From positions 34,081 to 98,080 of the forward strand of contig JAVESM010000008.1 in NCBI GenBank assembly GCA_034006605.1: a stretch of DNA of 64,000 bases, written 5' to 3'. Positions 58,101 through 64,000 of the stretch are shown one piece after another; position 1 is the first letter of the stretch; every line of letters begins with the position of its first letter. A program made the position numbers and the translations under genes. Below the pieces are notes generated by a model. It was not told the origin of the DNA. It made no database searches and saw only the letters and a list, made by a program, of their open reading frames with translations. The DNA is from Pseudomonas sp. (lineage in GTDB: Bacteria > Pseudomonadota > Gammaproteobacteria > Pseudomonadales > Pseudomonadaceae).

Positions 58101-61100
58101 CAACGGCTGCTGCTCATCAGATACATCGTTAAAGTTATCTAGTGCAAAACTCTCTTCAACCGCAGGCTCACCATCACTGTGACTGATCTCCTGCGTCAGC
58201 TCACCCGCCAAACTCAGCTCTGGAACAATGCTGCTCGCCATCGGCTCAAGATCAATCTCTTCTATCAGAGGAGCAACACTTTGTTCTACTTCAAGGGGTT
58301 GCTCATCGTCAGACGACTCAACGACCTGGCTTGACGCAACGTCTCCACGACGGAAGGCTTTCATACCTTCAATCAATGCGCTTGGCTGCTGCATTAACTG
58401 ACGTGCTTGTAACTGATCGAGCAGCACTGCAAGGCGATCATGGCCTCGCAACAGCATATCGCCTAAGGCATGGCTATGCGTATAACGGCCATCCAATAAA
58501 CCCTCATATAACGACTCTAGCTCATGCGCCAAATCGCCAATAGGTTTAATCTCTGCCATACGCGCACCCCCTTTAAGGGTATGCAAATCGCGAAGTAAAG
58601 CAGACATAACATTATTATTTTGCGGCGCAGCCAGCCATGTATCCAACGACTCACCAGCACTTTCAAGTAGATCCATCGCTTCTTCAAGGAAGATCTCAAT
58701 CATCTCCTCGTCAAGATTGGACACACTAAAGGTTGCATCAACTGCGCTTGCTGGGTTCACTTCAGGCTCGACTAGATGACTGTCGAGCAGTGCGGACTCC
58801 GAATGCTCTTGCTCAGAGGTAACGCTTTCTTGAGCAAAATTATCCGCATCAGATAACGCCAACTCTGTATCAATCTCAACCGTAACGTCCTGATCTAGCG
58901 ACGGATCGGGAACAAGTTCAGATAGAGCTACAGGGCTCCCTTCAACAGTTACGGCAGGTTGCAACTCTTCAACCATCAATTCATAAAGCGCATCAATACA
59001 GTCTTGCTGCGGCTCAACCTGTAAGCCGGCTGCAACTTGGTCCATCATATTGATCAGAGCATCATGCGCCTGCTTTGCTTGTTCGAAAAAGCGCTCTTGG
59101 GTTAATAAGCGCCCACTCTCAACAGCTTTATATATGTCTAATAACGCATTACAAATATCGACAACCTGTGGCAGCTCTGCCTGCTCGGCACTATGTCTGA
59201 GCTGCAGTAACTCAGCAAGCAATTCGGCAAGCTCTTGACGCTCAGCAGGATGCGTCTGCCAACCCTGTAATTGTTCATCCATATCGAGCAAGAGATCCAT
59301 ACCTTCTGATAGAAAGGTTGAAATCACTTTTGGATCGCGCGTACCTTTAGGATCAGCACTTTTTTGGTCTTCAGCATGCGCCAGTCGTTCACGCATCACC
59401 TGATCGAGCTTTTCAATAAACTGTTCAGCACCATCAATCGCTTTTAATGGCGTGCTATCCAGTTGCTCAATACCCGTGCGCAATAACTGCTCTGCTTCAC
59501 TCAGCAGCAAGGCCTCATTGAACTCAACAGCCAGTGAGTTTGCTTGATATTCTTTGGCTAATTTTTCTAACACACTGGCAATATGTGCAATCGGTAAAAT
59601 ACCGGCCATAAAGGCACTACCCTTAAGGGTATGCAAAGCACGCTGCAAATCATCGCTAATCGTTTTCGGTAATTGTTGCGCACAATCAGCGAGAAAACCC
59701 ACTAATGTTTGTAAGTGAGCCTGGGCTTCGTTCTTAAAAATCTCAAGTAGAATTGGATCAATCACTTCAGCATCATCAACGACTAACGCTGCAGATGGCG
59801 ATGACTCAGCCGCATGTTCAAAACTAAGCTCTTGATCAACCTGTAATTCATCTCCAGCCATGTCAAGCAAGGCATCAGTCGTCAACGGGTCGACGACTGC
59901 AGACAACAGACTGTCAGCATCCGGCTCCGACTGGTCGATTGATGCAACAGGACTCGCCAGGATAGGTAGCGGCTGTTTACGCGCCAATGCATGCGCAATC
60001 GCCGCCAGCTGATCAACATCATCGCGCTGGCGTTGTTGCTGGGCAGCATACTCAGCAACCAACTCAGGAAATAATGCAATAACATCAGCAATCACCTGCA
60101 GAACAGGCTCAGACACATCAATACTGCCGTCAATCACGCGGTTAAGCATGTTTTCAATCGACCATGCCAACTCACCAGCGACTAAAGCACGGACCATGCG
60201 GCCACTGCCTTTGAGCGTATGGAATGCTCGACGGACTTCGGTCAGCGCAGATTTATCGTCTTGATTGGCTCGCCACTTTGGATAAAACTCATTAAGCGTT
60301 TCTAAAACCTCTTCAGCTTCTTCGACGAAAACTTCTCGCAGCTCTTCATCAATTGCTTCTTCGTCAGCCGGTGGCGGCAAAATACTGGGTGGTACATCTG
60401 TTGCGGGTGGATTGACTCTCTCCACGGAACTCGACATAACATCTTGTAGCGACAACTCTGCAGGCTCTAACTGAGTAGACTCAGACACAACCATACTCGG
60501 CAACTCAACGTCTGGAATGTCATCTAGATCTACAGACGCCGGTTCACTGACAGCGTTTTCCAGCTCTGAACCCGCCACAGCAAGCGCTGGCGAGGCTAAA
60601 AAGTCATCAGAAAAATCATCAACAGAGGATTCAATCGTGAAGTTGTCTTCATTAAAGACGATCAACGGATCTTCAGCGCCAATTGGATCAACAGTCAACT
60701 CAGCTTGAGTCTCTATCTCTATAACTGGTGTTGCTATGTCTGCCGAGTCACTGCTATCAGAAAGACTATTATTCTCAAGCACAGACAGCGAATCAGAAGC
60801 CACTGCGTCAATATCTACAGCAGACCGCTCTGACTTTATATCGAGCACGCTGTCTTCAATACTGAGCGGCTCACGCGGAGTATAACCAAGGCTGGTTAAG
60901 CTCTGCTCCGCCACATCAAGAATCGCTTCACCTTGACTGGCGTGGTCCTCGGCAAGACGCTCTAAGTAATATTCAACACTGGTAATAGCATCAGCTAAGG
61001 TATCAAGATTCTGCCAATTAGGAATTATCTTTTGCTCAAACAGTTGCTCTTCGATATAACGGCGGCAAGTTTCAACTAAAGCAGCGGCACGCTCTAGGGG

Positions 61101-62555
61101 TATCATCACTAAACCACCACGTACTTGGTTGAGCAAGTACGGTACATTAGCTAAATGATCATGATTCCACTGCGAGGCAATAAACTCGATAATGCCATCT
61201 TTAGCGTGTTCTAAACCTGTGCGCGCCTCTTTAATAACCAAGCGGTGGATCTGCCCCACATCAGTGGTTGGCATAAGCGTTTGTTCATTTTTTACTTGAT
61301 CTGATGAGCCAACCATACCGGTCAGGGTTGCCTCGATATACAGCAGAGCACCGGCAACATCCATCAGCACAGCTTCAGAAGTTTCTGTCTCACCTGACAC
61401 CAATGATGCAACAACATCAATTTGATCCAAAACCACTTTACGCGGTTGAGCAAAACCAAGCACGGCCAGAGTATCAGCGATTTGTTTCAATGGTGCTTGC
61501 AGGGCATTTAACTCATCGAGTTTGCTGCGATCGCTACGTACAAAAATATCTAAATTATCTTTAATACGCACCAGCTCTTCACATAAAGCAGCAACCACTG
61601 AGCGCATCGCTCCGCGATCAGGGCCTGACATGCGAGCACGCTCTTCATCTAGCAGCAATTCATCAGGCAAGGCTTCATCAAGTCGATATTGCGCATGCAA
61701 ACTCTGTAAACGCTCAGAATTAGGCTGCGCTTTAGCAACGTAAAACAGAATATTTTTAATCAGCTCAGTGGCCGCAGGCTGATTCAAACCCTGCGCTTGC
61801 TCAGCCACTAAACGACGCAATTCAGCATCAACCTGACGTAATAAATTACGCACCGACGCGCCAGTTTCAAGACTGCCATTGGCCAACCCGTCAACCAAAC
61901 CGGCAGCCACCTGCCATAAAGGTGCAAGCGGAGAATCTTTACTCAGCGTTTCTAGGCGCGCAAATACTCTAGCCATATAACTTAAGTTGACAGCTAAGTT
62001 TTCACCGCGTAACACGGAAACCAGTGCAACCTGAAGCATTTGTCGCAGTTTTCTCAGCAACAAAGGCAGTTCAGGAATATTTAATTGCTGTAAACGATCA
62101 TTTGTCAGCAGTTCATTTGCAGGCGGTAAACAAGGAGAAAATAAACTTGTTTCAGAGAGCAGCTTTTCACCACGTGCCGTACGCAAGTCATTGAGCAGCG
62201 GCAGTACAACCATGGGTAGATCACGACGTGCCGTTTGAATCCGATCTAAATACAAAGGCAGCTGCAAAATAGCTTGCATCATCACTTCAAGTGACTCAGC
62301 TAAGTTATTGACTCGGCCTTCTAATAAAGCTTGCGCCAGTTGCTCCATCTCTTCAGCCAGCAACGCTGCGCCAAAGAATTCAACCATTTGTAAAGTGCCG
62401 TGCACTTGATGTACATAGGTTAAACAAAAGCGCAATCGCGTCGAATCCTCCGGATTCTCCACAAACTCTTCCAGTGCCTGACGCGCCTGTTTTAGGGTTT
62501 CTGCAATTTCGCCTTTAACCCATTCCAGGGCGACATAGTCGTGCCGATCACCCAT
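55152..62555 (-). CDS. chpA: giant hybrid histidine kinase ChpA (multi-Hpt CheA homologue with C-terminal receiver)
   Basis: About 2467 aa with several Hpt modules (four xHTLKG, one NTLKG, plus HGTLQM and RHSAEQ variants). Then a dimerisation/HATPase region (HMLRNAVDHGIE, DDGAGI, GRGVGMDVV), a CheW-like domain and a CheY receiver (MLLDIEMPRMDG...KP). ATG 62555 has GGAG 5 nt upstream; the track start is 62570. Confidence 0.9.
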   Translation of the reverse strand: MGDRHDYVALEWVKGEIAETLKQARQALEEFVENPEDSTRLRFCLTYVHQVHGTLQMVEFFGAALLAEEMEQLAQALLEGRVNNLAESLEVMMQAILQLPLYLDRIQTARRDLPMVVLPLLNDLRTARGEKLLSETSLFSPCLPPANELLTNDRLQQLNIPELPLLLRKLRQMLQVALVSVLRGENLAVNLSYMARVFARLETLSKDSPLAPLWQVAAGLVDGLANGSLETGASVRNLLRQVDAELRRLVAEQAQGLNQPAATELIKNILFYVAKAQPNSERLQSLHAQYRLDEALPDELLLDEERARMSGPDRGAMRSVVAALCEELVRIKDNLDIFVRSDRSKLDELNALQAPLKQIADTLAVLGFAQPRKVVLDQIDVVASLVSGETETSEAVLMDVAGALLYIEATLTGMVGSSDQVKNEQTLMPTTDVGQIHRLVIKEARTGLEHAKDGIIEFIASQWNHDHLANVPYLLNQVRGGLVMIPLERAAALVETCRRYIEEQLFEQKIIPNWQNLDTLADAITSVEYYLERLAEDHASQGEAILDVAEQSLTSLGYTPREPLSIEDSVLDIKSERSAVDIDAVASDSLSVLENNSLSDSSDSADIATPVIEIETQAELTVDPIGAEDPLIVFNEDNFTIESSVDDFSDDFLASPALAVAGSELENAVSEPASVDLDDIPDVELPSMVVSESTQLEPAELSLQDVMSSSVERVNPPATDVPPSILPPPADEEAIDEELREVFVEEAEEVLETLNEFYPKWRANQDDKSALTEVRRAFHTLKGSGRMVRALVAGELAWSIENMLNRVIDGSIDVSEPVLQVIADVIALFPELVAEYAAQQQRQRDDVDQLAAIAHALARKQPLPILASPVASIDQSEPDADSLLSAVVDPLTTDALLDMAGDELQVDQELSFEHAAESSPSAALVVDDAEVIDPILLEIFKNEAQAHLQTLVGFLADCAQQLPKTISDDLQRALHTLKGSAFMAGILPIAHIASVLEKLAKEYQANSLAVEFNEALLLSEAEQLLRTGIEQLDSTPLKAIDGAEQFIEKLDQVMRERLAHAEDQKSADPKGTRDPKVISTFLSEGMDLLLDMDEQLQGWQTHPAERQELAELLAELLQLRHSAEQAELPQVVDICNALLDIYKAVESGRLLTQERFFEQAKQAHDALINMMDQVAAGLQVEPQQDCIDALYELMVEELQPAVTVEGSPVALSELVPDPSLDQDVTVEIDTELALSDADNFAQESVTSEQEHSESALLDSHLVEPEVNPASAVDATFSVSNLDEEMIEIFLEEAMDLLESAGESLDTWLAAPQNNNVMSALLRDLHTLKGGARMAEIKPIGDLAHELESLYEGLLDGRYTHSHALGDMLLRGHDRLAVLLDQLQARQLMQQPSALIEGMKAFRRGDVASSQVVESSDDEQPLEVEQSVAPLIEEIDLEPMASSIVPELSLAGELTQEISHSDGEPAVEESFALDNFNDVSDEQQPLPESADVAADLDLLEAEHIVAAELNVIEQPVEQVVTENQISYTADSVADLRDPELVEIFLEEGFEIIESATAALLRWIGQPDNTLELETLQRDLHTLKGGARMAEIPEIGDLAHELEFLYEDLSAGKLKASAPVVNLLQDSHDTLAVMLESVRDYKDVPDGQALIAQIAHMRRNPNEQLDVPGSVQLQPAQAPSSGKHDEVLSIFIVEADELLAELNVALTAFDSNEQSEQAIQDALRVLNTLKGGARLAAVPRIGDISHALEGALFAAAQQGQPWPENLSIDLHRAYEQLVVEVAAIRKTLPEHLQAQQLIQPIQAQPQVSQTLQLAQPIVAVSHVARQAVEHRVLPFVEKAQQQAAEMSSQRAPQELVRVPAELLEELVNLAGETSIFRGRVEQQVSDFGFTLGEMEATIDRVRDQLRRLDTETQAQILSRHQAETEKAGYEEFDPLEMDRYSQLQQLSRALFESSSDLLDLKETLGVRTRDAETLLLQQARVNTELQEGLMRTRMVPFERLLPRLRRVVRQVSGELGKSVEFLVANAEGEVDRSVLERMLAPLEHMLRNAVDHGIESAEQRSAAGKPASGTIRLELSREGADILLVLSDDGAGINLPAVRNKAIERGLMTVDSGLTDQEVMQFILHAGFSTAGQVTQISGRGVGMDVVSSEIKQIGGSISIDSQQGKGTTFYIRLPFTVSVNRALMVMAGEDSYAIPLNTIEGIVRISPYELEAFYEQERKEGQAASFEYAGQTYELKYIGDLLNNGQHPKLVGQTLPLPVILVRSNEYAVAVQVDVLAGSREIVVKSLGSQFANVHGISGATILGDGRVVVILDLLATIRTEYARKGLHSASEMTRLDAVDSDKSAATLVMVVDDSITVRKVTTRLLERHGMSVLTAKDGMDAIALLQETKPDIMLLDIEMPRMDGFEVATLVRHDEFLKDLPIIMITSRTGEKHRERAMAIGVNDYLGKPYQETVLLEAIHKLIKSDD

Positions 62556-62579
62556 AACTACTCCGCTCATATCCGTGTG

Positions 62580-63443
62580 TTACCCCTTACGGGTAAAAGC
62601 CAAAACGCGTTCATCAGCAACAGGCTCTAAGTCAGGATGTTGCCAACCAGCAACTTCACCAACGCCTATTACTAACATTCCGCCCGGTGCTAACCGAGCC
62701 ACTAAACGATTGAGTATCTCGCGACGCTGCCAGCGTCGAAAATAGATCAACACGTTTTGACAAAAAATGACGTCCATACCAAAAATGGGTGCATGCACCA
62801 AATCCAGCATATTTAATCTAGCAAAACATGAGCGCTTCACTAGGTAATCCACTACTTCATACAACCCATCAGGCTGCCTTGTAAAATATCGTTCAACCAA
62901 CTCAGGACATACACGCTCCAAGCGTCGTTCAGCATATTTGGCGCGACGCCCTTTACGTAAGGCGTTATGACTAATATCTGTAGCCGTCACCCCAAACTCA
63001 ATCGCCTTACTCGTTGTGCGGATTGCTTGCGCTGCACAAATAGCCAATGACCAGGCCTCTTCACCGCTTGCGCAACCGACACTCCACAACGCCAAAGGCT
63101 TACTATCTTGGTCGTTTACAATTTTCTTAACAAGGAAATCGGTCACTACTTCGAAAGATGCTGTATGCCTAAAAAACTGTGTTTCTTGCACTGTTAAACG
63201 ATCCAGTAACACCACCCACTCAACAGCACCACACGCCCCATCCGTAACCTGCTGGTAATAACTTGAATAATCAGGGACACCCAACTCACGCATCCGCGCC
63301 GTTAGGTTCACTTGCAAAAACGAACGTCTTTGCTCACTCACAACCATACCTGAGCGAGTTTCCAACAAGCTTTGCCAGTCATTGAACTCATCTGCTGTCA
63401 TTTCTGCTAAAGGCTGCAAAGCCCAAGCGTTGCCAGATTGCAT
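62580..63443 (-). CDS. pilK: CheR-type chemotaxis methyltransferase (PilK)
   Basis: FFRH motif, SAM-binding WSVGCASGEE, and FCQNVLIYF. Start at ATG 63443 (AAGGG upstream) avoids overlap with pilJ. Confidence 0.8.
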   Translation of the reverse strand: MQSGNAWALQPLAEMTADEFNDWQSLLETRSGMVVSEQRRSFLQVNLTARMRELGVPDYSSYYQQVTDGACGAVEWVVLLDRLTVQETQFFRHTASFEVVTDFLVKKIVNDQDSKPLALWSVGCASGEEAWSLAICAAQAIRTTSKAIEFGVTATDISHNALRKGRRAKYAERRLERVCPELVERYFTRQPDGLYEVVDYLVKRSCFARLNMLDLVHAPIFGMDVIFCQNVLIYFRRWQRREILNRLVARLAPGGMLVIGVGEVAGWQHPDLEPVADERVLAFTRKG

Positions 63444-63505
63444 GATGTGCCCTTTTTTCATTGTCATGATGGAGGCAGCTACCCAAGGGTAACCACCTAA
63501 TCTCA

Positions 63506-64000
63506 CTAGGCTTGTTCTTGATTGTTATCTGGCAAGGTAAAACCAGATACAGACTCACGCATCTCACTGGCCATCTTCGCCAAGGTACCAATGCTTTGTG
63601 CTGTTGCAGTTGTACCCGCCGATGTTTGCGAGGTAATTTCTTGAATAACGTTCATCGTGCTAGAAATATGACCCGCTGAAGACGCTTGTTGACGTGCGGC
63701 ATTGGAAATGTTCTGAATCAAGGCAGCGAGCGCTTTTGATACTTTCTCAATTTCTTCCAGCGAGACACCCGCATCCTGAGCGAGACGAGCACCACGTACC
63801 ACCTCAGTAGTGGTTTGTTCCATCGAAATAACCGCTTCGTTGGTATCCGCCTGAATCGTTTTAACCAAGGCTTCAATCTGTTTAGTTGCGGACGATGAAC
63901 GCTCAGCCAGACGTTGAACTTCATCGGCAACCACAGCAAAGCCTCGACCTGCGTCACCGGCCATCGAGGCCTGAATCGCAGCGTTAAGTGCCAGAATATT
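63506..64000 (-). CDS. pilJ: methyl-accepting chemotaxis protein PilJ, C-terminal part (5' end beyond the window)
   Basis: The reading frame is open to the window edge. It carries the highly conserved MCP signalling hairpin ...[34 protein letters not shown]... Confidence 0.85.
   Translation of the reverse strand, partial: NILALNAAIQASMAGDAGRGFAVVADEVQRLAERSSSATKQIEALVKTIQADTNEAVISMEQTTTEVVRGARLAQDAGVSLEEIEKVSKALAALIQNISNAARQQASSAGHISSTMNVIQEITSQTSAGTTATAQSIGTLAKMASEMRESVSGFTLPDNNQEQA

Overview
The window is mostly core chromosome of a Pseudomonas-type gammaproteobacterium, judged by gene content and local synteny. About 57 protein genes are tightly packed on both strands. I found one RNA gene (6S RNA, ssrS). 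I saw no rRNA or tRNA genes, CRISPR arrays, transposases, integrases or prophage genes.

Gene order, left to right:
- 1-7136: BCCT transporter (3' part), rep helicase, a SAM methyltransferase, a Bcr/CflA MFS pump, an SLC13/TrkA-C permease.
- 7206-8227: an AT-rich 2-gene islet (small membrane protein plus DjlA-like TerB/J-domain protein).
- 8369-12591: rpoH-ftsX-ftsE-ftsY.
- 12737-17433: two M16 peptidases, rsmD, an LpxL-type acyltransferase, a PilZ protein.
- 17488-22404: yhiI/rbbA/yhhJ-type ABC exporter.
- 22922-29402: 5-formyl-THF cyclo-ligase, ssrS, zapA, a ZapB-like protein, ygfB, pepP, ubiH, DUF4442, ubiI.
- 29584-32872: a lone FbpA-type iron-binding protein, then yigZ, nfsB, a NifX-like protein and a short AlbA_2-domain ORF.
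- 33115-40717: gmk-rpoZ-spoT-ridA, an SDR, oxyR-recG.
- 40780-44540: an HDOD protein, an alpha/beta hydrolase, a COG0523 GTPase, a secreted Cys-rich protein.
- 44857-50064: orphan ccoN-ccoQ, an HPP-CBS protein, a LysR regulator, a DosC-like globin-coupled diguanylate cyclase.
- 50273-53599: dsbA, an EEP-family protein, a coiled-coil diguanylate cyclase.
- 53628-64000: the Pil-Chp chemosensory cluster (chpC, chpB, chpA, pilK, 3' end of pilJ).

I do not see a convincing new multi-gene system such as a defence island. The most unusual places are:
1. the AT-rich small-protein/DjlA-like pair at 7.2-8.2 kb;
2. the ccoN leader (Anr box, strong SD, 18-codon uORF) and the oxygen-related neighbourhood at 44.7-50 kb;
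3. the nifX-like/nfsB/yigZ operon with the adjacent AlbA_2 remnant at 30.6-33 kb;
4. the 0.5 kb AT-rich spacer at 22.4-22.9 kb, which holds a sub-threshold small ORF.

Limits: all homology calls rest on motifs and remembered sequences, not searches. Coordinates of motifs I located by hand (hairpins, boxes, uORF) may be off by 1-2 nt.
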